NCBI RefSeq assembly: GCF_009914755.1
Contig: NC_060933.1
DNA: 64,000 bases
Direction: 5' to 3' (one strand)
DNA from: the human T2T-CHM13v2.0 reference genome, Homo sapiens
The position numbers and the translations under genes were made by a program. Under the pieces are notes generated by a model. That model saw only the letters and a list, made by a program, of their open reading frames with translations, had not been told where the DNA came from and made no database searches. Shown piece after piece: positions 33,149 to 44,480 of the stretch (positions are counted from its first letter, which is position 1; each line of letters begins with the position of its first letter).

Positions 33149-36100
33149 CAGTGAAGTGACTTTTGAGGCTGACTGCCCCCCCAACTCCTTCCCCCTCACC
33201 CCCTCCTACACTTCTAAGGTTGGGGTGCGAGTCACTTGAGGATCCTGGCCCAGGTGTGGAGGGGGACGCTGCTTCCCACAGTGCTCGCTCACGGCAGGTA
33301 ACTGTGGAAGAACCGTAGCCCAGGTTCTTCCTGGGGGGCTGGGGGGCTGCTGGATTCCACCTGAGCAGGCCCAACACCCACCTGCCCAGCAGCATCTTCT
33401 TTGCACCACTGCACGGCTGCTGAACGCGGCCCTCACGCCCTTCTCACATCTGCCTGGCCCTTACCGGCGTAGCAACGTCCTTCATCTCCAGGGGCTTCAT
33501 GTTGTCCTCCCAGCAGCTCCGTGAAGGAGGAGGGGCAGGGGTGACAAGCCCAGGTTCACAAAGGAAGCAGGGCTGGAGAGAGACGGGTCTCACAACCTAC
33601 ACAACAGTGTCAGGACTCTCAGGAAGATTGTCTTTGCTGGTCAGCGGTGGCCTTGTTCCCACAGAGTGATCAGAGAGGGGCTTTCCTTAAGGGCTTCAAA
33701 GGGAAGCCAGGTGGGCCTGTAGCACTTCCCTGCTCTCCTGCTGCCCGTCCTGGAAGGAGGGAGGCGCTTTTGGGAAGCTTCTCGCTGGGCTCCTCTCGCC
33801 CGGCACTCACTGGGGTGCAGCTGTCGGAAGCAGCATGTCCACCCTCCAGCACACACGGCACATTTGCCACCGCAGGCCTGTTCCCTGGTAGCTGTCACAG
33901 CTGGGGAAGCTGAGGCTGGTGCATGACCAGCAGTGGTCAGGAGTGCTGCTCTCACCTGGGAGCAGGAGGAACACGTAGAATCTGGAGCAGCACCCTGAGC
34001 GAGTCAGGTGCGGAGACTCAGTGCCCTATCACCCAGAGGGAGGAGGATGCGGCTGGTGGGGCACCAGGGTGCTTGGGCCCAGCTGTGGGGCTTCCTCCAG
34101 GCTGAGTGGGGTGGCGGTGGGCAGGGGTTTCTCTGGAGTCCTGGCCCTGGACCTGCTGAGCTGGTGATCACTGTTGCACATGCCTGTGACTCGGTTTCCC
34201 CTGTTTGGTGTGCCCACTGTCTGTGGGATGGGCATGAGACCATCACAGGGCTGCTTGTGGCAAGTCTGCCTCCACAGTTCAGCTCTTGCATTTCAGTCTG
34301 AAAGGTCCCCCAGGCTCAGCCTGTTTGGGAGCAGCCTGTGTGCATTGGGGTAGGGGGAAGCAGAAGTGGGGTCCCAGCTCCCAGACACTGCCCACCTGGA
34401 GAAGCCATGGCCTGGCTTCCAGGCCCAGTGCCAGTGAACACGCCAGGAGTTGTGGTTGGACCAGGGCCTCAGCTTGACACCCGGGGAGTATCTCACCCCT
34501 CTCTGGTTCAGACTCTTGCTGTTGCATAAAAATCCCCCAAGTTCTTGGTCAGTAAGACCTGGGTTAGTGGCCCCAGGGCCAGGGGACTGAAGTAGGGGAG
34601 CTTTCCTAACAGACAGGCAGGGTTTGGGGAAGATTTTTCCTTTGTTGGAGGTTGGATGGGGTGGGGGAGGGGAGCAGGAGGACATGGGCTCTGCAGACCC
34701 TCTGTATCTCAGGTAGTGGCCAGGAGCCAAGGGCCCTGCTGGTGGTGCTGGCCTGGAATCCAGTCCTCGGTCTCTTCTGCTCTGCCCCTGCGAGATATAA
34801 GTGTGGGCTCTGGAGTCACTCACGTCAGCTCCCTGCTCGCTCACCCAGAGCCTCAGTTTCTGCCCCTGTGGAATGGGGCTAATCCTAGCACCTTGCTTGT
34901 GGTGCTGCCTGAGCCAAGACCTGCAGTGGCTCCCCTCTGGCATCACTCCAACACTCAGTGAGGGGCAGCTGGGCGAGACTGAGAGCGAGAGACCTTCCAG
35001 GTGCCGGGCTTTGCAGCCTCATTGGCCTTTTCTACTAAGGTCCTTTCTCTGGGTGCCCAGGGACGTGGGTGGCTTGCACAGAAGCCATGACAAGTGTGTG
35101 GGTCTACTGAGGACCCAGCTGCAGTGAAGGGCCTGGGAGAACCGGAGGTGCATGTGCTCAGGGAGTCTAACCCAGCTGTGGGGCAGAATGTCACAGGGCT
35201 GGTAGTGAGAGTGGAAGGTGGGGTCACCTGGACTGCAGGTGCCTGGGGCCAGCCAACTGCAGACTGTCCAGGGAATAGAGAGCCAAGGTGTCAGTGTCAC
35301 TGGAGGGCATGTGGTGGCAGGGGGCCCTGGGTGGGGACACGTCAAAAGGGCAGGACCCAGGAATTTTCCAGTAAGTACAAACCTAGTGAACTTTGGGTGC
35401 AACAAACAAGCTACTTGAGTTACAAACAATATACTTTAGAGAAAAGCAAACAATTTGCCAAAAAACCCCAAGTGAACTAGGAGCAAATGGAACATGGATT
35501 GAGGGGGCCATACAGCCATTTGACCATTCTAGTTGGTAGCAGGGGCTGCTGACAGCACTGTGATGAGAAGGACTCTGAGGCTTTGTCTGGGTGCAGCAGA
35601 CACAGGCTTGATGGGACTGTCACTGTGCAGCTGTGTTCTTCATTGGGTGAGTTGGAAAGCGAGGGTGTGGGAAGGCAGACAGCTTAAAGGTCCAAGGCCA
35701 GCAGACTTTGTTCCACTGTCCTCCTGAATTTGGAATTTGGTGGTTTCTTTCTGTTGGACATGTCACCCCTCTTGGGGCTCTAGAAACTCCACCAGTCCCT
35801 GAACACCCACCCTACCCCACCCCACCCCCGACACATAGGCAGAGACCTTGGTTTTGTTTGGAGAGTTACAACAGCTGATAAAGCTGGGTTGCAATTTTCT
35901 GAGTCCCCACTGGGTGGCAACCTCTAATTATTCCAAGTTTTAGGGTTTAGAAAACGAAAATACCTTACTGAAGAAATTCAGTAAAACCTATCTTTGCCGC
36001 TGAATTATGTGGATGACAGCACTGAATTTTGTCATGTTCAAGGAAGGAGGCATCTCATGGACCCTTTGTCTTCCCTGCAAGGGGCTCTGTTTCCTTGGCA

Positions 36101-37280
36101 TGCAGGGCAACACTTGATGGGAACTGTGGCAAAAGCAACTTCCCCAGAGGTCAGGATGCTTATGAAACCTCATCACAACGGAATATCCTCAGCTTGCTCC
36201 CCCAGAGAGGCCATGGGAGCTGTATGCAGGGTCAGCCCTACTTGGGTATCTTTAGTATACACAGAGCGAGGGGAAAACATCCTAAGGTGCCTCCATCGGC
36301 TCAGGACATAGCGGTCCCTGGTGCCGTGGCTGTCAGCATCCCTATCCACCACCTGAGGGCAGTGTCACCCTGCAGAGTGCACCCGGCAACCAAACTGGTG
36401 GCCCCTGCTGACTGGCTAAGCTCTGATGTTTCCCTGGCAACCACCTCCCGGCTCCTCCCTCTCCCATTTGCCCAGCCCTGGAACATGCTGCTTAGTTTGA
36501 TTTGCAGATGCTGCCTTTTTGCTCTCTGTCCCCATGCTTAGGGGCCAAGATGCTGCCCCAGAATGGACCGTGGCGGGCTGTAGAAGCAGGGACGGACCCG
36601 CATATGAACATCCCTGATTCCGTCTTAGCTGAAGGGTCCTCCTTTTCCTCCAGTGCTTGTGTTTCCCACATCCTGCTCTGGAAATGAAGAGCAAAATACA
36701 GAGAAGGGGCTTTCAGGGCCAGGAGTGAAGGCAGAGAACTGTGTGATGCTTCTGCGATTCCCCAGGCAGAGCCCCTGCACCCCTCCTTGCCTGCTGCCCA
36801 TCTCATGGGCTGGGGAGAGTGCCCTTCCCCTGCTTGCTGCTGAGGGGAGGGAGGGGATGCAGAACACTGTGGTTCAGAAGCATGGAAGTGTGGTGCCTGG
36901 GACATCTGCCCTGATTAGTCCCAGGGGAGATTTGTGGTGGTCCTTCTGGAGCAGACCTTGTCAACTACAAAGCGACTATGAATTCTAATGAGTTGAACCC
37001 CACTGGGACACAACTAAGTTGTCCCCAGAGACTGCAGGAAGCCTCAGGAGGGTGCCTTCTGAGGTCAAAGGAAGACAGAGGGGAGAAAGTGGCATGCCTG
37101 GGGCCTGCTTGTGGTGCCTGGCCTTGAGGCTGGTGGATGCCTGCATCTGGAGCTGGAGCCCTTGGTCCCAGATAAGCATGTGAGGAATCAAGTCATGGGG
37201 AAGGCAGTGAGTGTGGGAGGTGGTGGTGGGGTTGCCGATTTGGACAGCATGGCAGGTGGGGCCTCCACGGGAAGCCGACC

Positions 37281-37602
37281 TGTCCTAGTCCACTTGGGCT
37301 GGGTGGCTCACAGACAGCAGCTTATTGCTCATGGTCCTGGAGGCTGGAAGTCCAAGATCAAGGCACCTGCGGATTTGGTATCTGGCAAGGGCCCATTGCT
37401 GGTTCAGAGCTGGCTGCTTCTGTCTGCATCCTCACATGGCAGAAGTGAGCAAGGCAGTTCTCAGAGACTTCTTTTATAAGGGTGCTCATCCCACTCATGA
37501 GGGCAGAGCCTCCCAGAGGTCCCACCTCCCAACATCATCATCTTGGAGGTTAGGATTTCAATGCATGACTTTTGTTGAGACACAGATATTCTGTCTATAG
37601 CA
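37281..37602 (-). mobile_element. MaLR LTR relic (MLT1A/MST-like)
   Basis: ctggaggctggaagtccaagatcaagg...cctcacatggcagaag...ttttataaggg...atcccactcatgagggcagagcc...ggttaggatttcaa...tatagca. Confidence 0.75.
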
Positions 37603-38324
37603 CAACTACACAGCAATACAGGGAAAGGCATCCCAGGCTGGGGGAACAGCATATACGAAGGCTCAGAGGCAGGAGAGAACTGAGGTGTGCAAAGAGTAAC
37701 ACAGAGACACATGGGGAGAGAGGCTGGTGATGAGGCGGGGACCATTGGGGCTGAGGGTTCTCCATGTTGCCCAGGCAGACATGTGCTGGAATTGCTGGAT
37801 GTATCGCCCAGACATCCAGCAATTCCAGTGCTTCTTCTCAATCCCCCTTCGAATGCCTCTTTCACCTTTCACAAACGTTTCCTCCTGCTCAGGAGGCTTG
37901 CCTGGCCTGTGTCTTTGCTCCCTCCTTCCCTTCCCTCTCTCCCTCCATCCCTTCCTCTGCCTTATAGACTCCTCCCTGAGAAGAAGGCCAGCTCCCAGTC
38001 TTCCCAGTCTTCCCCTCCCTCAGGCCCAATCCAGCCTGAGCACGGTCTGGATTTAGTCTTTAGGCTTGGTCAAGAGTGTGTTTGCAAACCTCTTCACTCC
38101 TTGCTGGCTAGAGCTTCCCATCTTCTTAACCAGGTCCCCTGAGACTCCAAGGCAGGCACCCACTGGGGCTGATCACATGAATAAATTGGGTGTAGTTCCA
38201 AGAGGTGGGAACTGTGGTTTTGTAAATTTCACAAGTTGTCTGCATTTCACAAGTGCACAGGTGTACCATGGTGAATCAGAGGCTCCAAGGCAAGGCTCAT
38301 GGTGTTTAGCCCTGTGCATACACC

Positions 38325-39112
38325 ACCTCATCTCCCTACCCATCTATTCACCCACCCACCCATCCATCCATCCACCTACCCATCTACCTACCCACCCACC
38401 AATCCATTCATCCATCCATCCATCCATCTACCCGCTTACCAATTTATCCATCCATCCATCCATTCATCCATCCATCCATCTACCCATCTATTCACCCATC
38501 CACCCATCCATTCACCCATCCATCCATCTACCCACCCACCAATCCATCCATCCATCCATCCATCCATCCATCCATCCATCCATCCATCCATGCATCCATC
38601 CATCCGCTTACCAATCCATCCATCCATCCATCCATCCATCCATCCATCCATCCACTCATCCATCTACCCACCCATCCATCTACCCACCCACCAATCCATC
38701 TACCCATCCATCCGTCTACCCACCCACCCATCCACCCACCCATCCATCCACCCACCCATCCACCTACCCACCCACCAATCCATCCATCCATCCATCCATC
38801 CATCCATCCATCCATCCATCCACATACCCTCATCCACCCATCCACCCATTCACTCACCCAGTCATCCATCCATCCATCCATCCATCCATCCACACACCCA
38901 TCCATCCACCCAACCACCCATTCACTCACCCAGTCATCCATCCATCCATTCATCCATCCATCCACCCACCCACCCAGTCACCCATCTGTCTACTTATCCA
39001 TTCACCTATCTATCCACCCAGCCAACCCACCCATCTATTCATCCATCCATCCACCCTCCCATCCATCCACTCATCCACCCACCCACCCAGAATTCATCCA
39101 TCCACCTATTCA
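38325..39112. repeat. Compound (CATC/CACC)n microsatellite, ~790 bp
   Basis: Long runs of catc with cacc/ctac interruptions. Confidence 0.95.
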
Positions 39113-39182
39113 TTCAGCAAATACAGACTGGAAATTGCATGGATTAGGTCCTGTACTTGGCTCCAGGAGAGAGCAGAGTTTG

Positions 39183-39488
39183 CAGAGTCTGTTCAACAGA
39201 AATCCAATGTGAGCCATATATGTAATTAATTTAAAATTTCCTAGTAGCCACACTAAAACCAGGTGAAATAAGTGTAATATTTTATTTAACCCGATACATA
39301 AACAATATTATAATTTCCACATGCAATCAATATAACAATTATTGAGATATTTTACATTCATATTTTGGTGGCAAGTCTTTGAGATTTGGTGTTTATCTTA
39401 GCCTTATAGCACATCTCAATTTGTACAGGTCACATTTCAGGCTCTCGAAACCACATGTGGCAAGTGGCTTGTGCATTGGACAGTGCAG
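39183..39488 (-). mobile_element. MER33 (hAT-Charlie) DNA transposon relic
   Basis: AT-rich block matching the reverse complement of MER33 (gagccatatatgtaatt...tagtagccaca...agcacatctcaatt...ccacatgtggc...ttggacagtgcag) followed by a hAT-type tctaga target. Confidence 0.75.
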
Positions 39489-41468
39489 GTCTAGAATATT
39501 CTCATGGTGTTGCATGTGGGCAGCAAATGTGGGCTGATCTGTGCCATGAGGAGGCCATAATCAAGGTGCGATGGGAATATGGAGGAGAGGCAACCATGGG
39601 TAGAGGAGGCTGAATGGCTTCCCAGAGGAGGCAGCACTGGAGCAGGGCACTGACGGATGAACAGGAGTTCTTCAGGTGCGAAATAGGGAAAAGAAAATCT
39701 CCCAATTCCCTGGTGCCCCAAGTAGGGCTCATGAAGGTCCAGGTCAGCTTGAAGAAACCAAGGGCCTTTAATGACCTCCCCACCAGGTGCTCCTTATAGA
39801 CCCATGGTTCAAATCATCTTATTCCTGCCCCCTGGGCCAGTGTTGACGTTTCCCCATCTTATAGTGACGAACACTGGGGCCTGGAGGTCCAGCTGCTTAC
39901 AGCCACGGTTTTCAGAGCATCTACCATGAGCTAGAGCTCCACCCCAGATGGTGGGGTTGGAAGTACAAGGAGAAAAGGAGGTGTGGAATAAAGCTCCTTG
40001 CTCTGAGCCCGTAAGCTCCCTCTGGGTGGGGGCTCTGTGGGTTGGTGCTGGGAGACTCGCTGTCCCGCTGACCTGCCTTCTCCCATAGATGGTGGCCCTT
40101 GAGACCACATGGAACCAATTTCCCAATTAAGCTAATTGGAAGAATCATGGCATGCCTTTCTGGTTATCGGCCTGGGAGGGCAGAATGGTGCCTGCGTGCC
40201 GAAGAGTCCATAAACGTTGAGCTATGCTGGCCAGACCATTGGACGGTATCACCTGGTCCAACCACTGTTTATGAGGACTTCCCGAGATCACTGAGGCTTT
40301 TAGGCTACTGTGCGTGTGCCTGTGAACTTCCAGGCCCTGTACCTGCATGTTATAGGAGGAAGTGCTGGGGTGGGGGGCTGTGGAGGGGCTCCTGAAACTT
40401 GTCTATAACCAGGCATGGCCATCTGGCTCTCACTTGGGTGGACTTTCTTAGGTCTAACTGCAATCTCTCTTGCTGCTGACTCAACATGCCCCCTCCCCCT
40501 CCCGAGTGGTTGGGGCCCCAGGTGAGCACTGGCCGGCGGGGCTGCTCACGATTGCTATCCAAGACCAGCCTGGAAAGCTGCCATTTTCATTAAAACCCTT
40601 AGACATGAATCTTCCAAAATGTTTCTATGAAGAATCCAAAGGAACCCGTGTCAGGGACATCCTTAGCTGGATGGGCAGCCTGGGAGCGGCGGCATGGGAG
40701 CAGCAGCATGGGAGCGGCCGGCCTGGGACAAGCTCCGTGTGACCACAGGCTCATCCTTTCTGCTCACTCGAGGTCTCGGCTTTCCCTTTTGTGGAAAGAG
40801 GGAGTTGTTCTGGAATCCACACCCTATGGTCCGTGTGATTTGGTGGGGGCAGCAAGGAGGCCTCCCCCTCCCCTAACACTGCCTCCCTGCTGCCCGGGAT
40901 CACAGCCGCTGGGCTCCGTCCTGAGGGTTTAGCACTGCCCTCCCCTTTCTCAGATGCTTGCTGCACATTTCAGGGTGGAAAGGGCCCGACCTCATTCTTT
41001 CTGGGAGTCCGAAGAGGTTTGAGCAGGGCCCAGCACGTGGCCACTGCAAAGAGCGCTTGCTCTCAAAACCCAAGCTCCACCTTAGTTCAAGAGAGACGCC
41101 GATACTTCCCAGGAGGCAGCCACCACCAGGCCCCCAGTTCTAGGGCCCCCGTCAAGGCATGGGCCAGGCCCCATTTGTCTCCTCCACTGCTGAAGAGGCG
41201 GGGCCAGGGGTGACAGGAGCAAGCTGCATGAGATCAGGGTGGGGTTCTGGCACCATCCCAGGCTGGCTCTGTGACCTGGGCACGTCATAACCCCTCTTCC
41301 TGCCTCCATCCCACATCATCTGTAAAATGGAGGTGACGCCAGCTGCCCTGGCTCCCACTGGACTGTAATTTTGTCTGTGGTTTTCTCCGCCTCCTCCCCT
41401 CTCCTGCCTCAGTCGGGACTCATTCAAGCTGATCACCTCCCAGTGGGGTGCTGGTGGGTTCTGGTCAC

Positions 41469-42046
41469 TGTGCAGGAAAGGGTTAACTCAGCAGGCCTGA
41501 GTTGTCCACACCCTGCACATTCCAAAGAAAGGTCTGGCTCTGGCCTAGCTCCTGGGAGGTGACCTCTGACCTCTAGCCACTTGAAATATACTGCGTGATA
41601 AGTGTCTGTGTTTGCTTGGGGGTCTTGGGCCACCCTAGTGACCGCGCTAATGATGTCATTTACAGTGGGACCTTGGGCTGTGCTGTATCGGCTCATCATC
41701 CTGGGGATGAGACCAAGGCCAAGCACACGGGCAGTGAGGCATGTCTTTGCGATGGACCCCCAGTAGGAACCCTGAGCCCCGAGGCGTGGCTGGGCCCCCC
41801 TGGCTGGTGCACACCATTCTGGGAGAATTGAGCACGTCTGCCCGACTCTACTGAGAGAAGACCCCTGGGTGCTGGAGTCTGGTCTCCCCTAAACCCTGCC
41901 CTCTAGAGATGCCCAGTTTGCTGGTTCGAGGCTATGTCCTTTCACGGCGCTAAACCCTGACCTCGGGTATCGCTGCCTGGCTGAGTTCTGTGAGCCAGTC
42001 CAGCACGTCCCTGAGCCTGAGGGTGGTTTGGGGACCCTGAACTGCA
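41469..42046 (+). mobile_element. MER21-family LTR relic
   Basis: Begins tgtgcaggaaagggttaac and ends tgagttctgtgag...cctgagggtggtttggggaccctgaac, typical of MER21 LTR termini. Confidence 0.65.
41560..41572 (-). promoter_or_regulatory. Perfect DR1 element (AGGTCA-G-AGGTCA)
   Basis: + strand TGACCT-C-TGACCT. Confidence 0.5.
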
Positions 42047-42739
42047 GTGTCAGCATTTCCATGGATGGGTTCTGAAGGCAGGTGATGAGGAGGTGTCAGC
42101 CTGGGTTGACTACGAACTTTCAAGTCCTATTTCTGAAACAGCCCTTGGAAGGTTCGGGGGCCATTTTACCCCCTCTAGACATTTTGCTGAGCCTTTGCCT
42201 GGCCTTGACACCTGTCTCCACCTGTCCACGTTCCCAGCTCTGCCCACCAGGGACTGTGCCTACACCCAGGGATGGCCTAGGTCAGAGAGGGACAGGCTGT
42301 GGACTGAGGTCAGGCGTGAGCCAGCCCTGCCTGCCCCCTACAGTTGGGAATCCTCTGGGCGAGGGAGGCAGACAGGACAGAGGGATGCCGCAGGGGAAAC
42401 CTACAGGTGTCCCCTTTCCCTGGAAATGGCGGACCTCCTTCTCCAGAGACCCTCACGTGCGTCTCTCTCAGGGACGCCTTGGGCCCCCACGGCGTTTGTG
42501 CCCAGCTGCCAGGCCTCTGATAAAGCCGCTTCCTCGCCTCGGCCCCCCTTCCCTGCCTGTGCCTCAGGAAACCCTGGGCCTCCTTCAAGGCCCTTCCCCT
42601 GTAAGCCCCTCCGTGTCGGGCTCTGCTGTGTCTTCCGAGACCACACCTGTCCTAGGTGCCTGGGTCCAGGTGAGGCGCTCCCTGCTGCCAGCAGTGGACA
42701 GAGACTGGTTTTAATTAAAGCTCCCAGCAACCACCCCTA

Positions 42740-43430
42740 TCGCCGTGGAAACAGAGGTTCCGGTGGAGACGTGGCTCCCAGGCCACACGTGTAAGTAGCG
42801 CAGCTGGGAGTGGCGCCCGGAGCAGCCCGAACCCAAAGGCTGATCTTGACCGCGGTGCCCTGCTCCTTCCCGGCCGCGGTCTCCACTCGGCCCACTGCTG
42901 GGCCAGGGCCGCAGCGGCCGGAAGGGGCTGTCCCTCATGCACCGTGGCCCTCCGGCCTTGTCTCTCAGCGCCCAGACCCCAGGCACAAGGAGGCAGGGGG
43001 CTGGGACCTGCCTGGAGCCTGCTGCCCCAGCTGCTGACGTGGTCGCCCCCGCCCACCCTGTAGACGTGGCCGCCCCCACCCTGCCACGTCGCCACTTCCA
43101 CCCTGCAGGCAGGAAGCTGCACGCTCTCGCTCTCTTTGTGTAACTTTTGGAGGGTTGTAGTTGCAGGAAACATCTGGATGTGGCCCAAGGAACATAATAA
43201 AAAAAAAAGGGAGAGCCGCGGGGAGAAGGCAGGGCTGGGGGAGGTTTGCAAAAGCCATCTGATTTCACTTTGCAAAGACAACTGCAATTATGCCTCTGAG
43301 GGTTTGCAGTCACTTCACATTCTAGCCATGCGGTGACGTCAGTGGGAAACTATGAAGCTCGCGGACTGCGTGGTGACACACACCCCACGAAACATGGCTC
43401 GGGCCAGCTGCCGGCCATGCTCCAGCCCGA
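42740..43430. promoter_or_regulatory. CpG-enriched candidate enhancer with ACGT-core cluster
   Basis: TGACGTGG (43035-43042), GACGTGGC, GCCACGTC, CACGTG, full CRE TGACGTCA (43334-43341) abutting GTGGGAA (43342-43348). Confidence 0.45.
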
Positions 43431-43774
43431 CAGCCCACCAACAGGGGTCTCTCCCATAAGGAGGGAAGCTGTAGCTGGGAGAGGGGGTCCCTAACTTTGG
43501 ACATGCTGGGTTGTCCCCAATCGCCCTCCGAGCTCCAGCTGTGCCTTCCCCTGCTCAGCCTGCATCTACCCCATCTGACCCCACAGGCTCCTGGACAGAA
43601 ATGGCCCGGCCTTGCCTAGAGCTAAGCTTCCACTCCAAGGCAGAGCTATGGGGGTCCGGGCTGGCAGGGGGGCCATGGCCAGGCCCTCAGGGCTCCCTGC
43701 TTTCCAATGGCCCCAGGATCAGCGGTTTCCACAGTGTCCTGTAGCATGCGGCTGGGTGTCTCCATCGTCCCAGC

Positions 43775-44480
43775 ATCCTGTGGGGTGGGCCGAGGGTCTG
43801 TGTCCCTCTATGTCCCGTGGGGTGGACCCCGGGTCTGTGTCCCCCTGTGTCCTGTAGGGTATGGCTGGGGTCTGAGTACCTCTGTGTCCTGTTGGGTGGA
43901 GCTGGGGTCTGTGTCCCTCTATGTCCTGTGGGGTGGGGCCGTGGTCTGTGTCCCCCTGTGTCCTGTCAGCTGGGGCTGGGGTCTGTGTCCCTCTGTGTCC
44001 TGTGTGGTGGGGCCGGGGTCTGTGTCCCCCTGTGTCCTGTCTGGTGGAGCTGGGGTCTGTGTCCCTCTGTGTCCTGTGTGGTGGGGCCAGTGTCTGTGTC
44101 CCCCTGTGTCCTGTCGGGTGGAGCCGGGGTCTGTGTCCATCTGTGTCCTGTGGGGTGGGCCGGGGTCTGTGTCCTCCTGTGTCCTGTGTGGTGGGGCCGG
44201 GGTCTGTGTCCATCTGTGTCCTGTGGGGTGGGCCGGGGTCTGTGTCCCTCTGGGTCCTGTGGGGTGGGGCCGGGGTCTGTGTCCCCCTGTGTCCTGTGTG
44301 GTGGGGCTGGGGTCTGTGTCCCCCTGTGTCCTGTCGGGTGGAGCTGGGGTCTGTGTCCCTCTGTGTCCTGTGGGGTGGGGCCAGTGTCTGTGTCCCCCTG
44401 TGTCCTGTGGGGTGGGGCCGGGGTCTGTGTCCCTCTGTGTCCTGTGGGGTGGGGCCGGGGTCTGTGTCTCTCACAGTGTC
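43775..44480. repeat. VNTR, 36-37-bp unit, ~19 copies
   Basis: Unit GGGTCTGTGTCCC(C/T)CTGTGTCCTGTGGGGTGGGGCCG. Confidence 0.93.

Noticed and set aside
38066-39229. HPSI-repeat 387-aa ORF and MDGW-repeat ORFs
   Set aside because: Translation of (CATC)n
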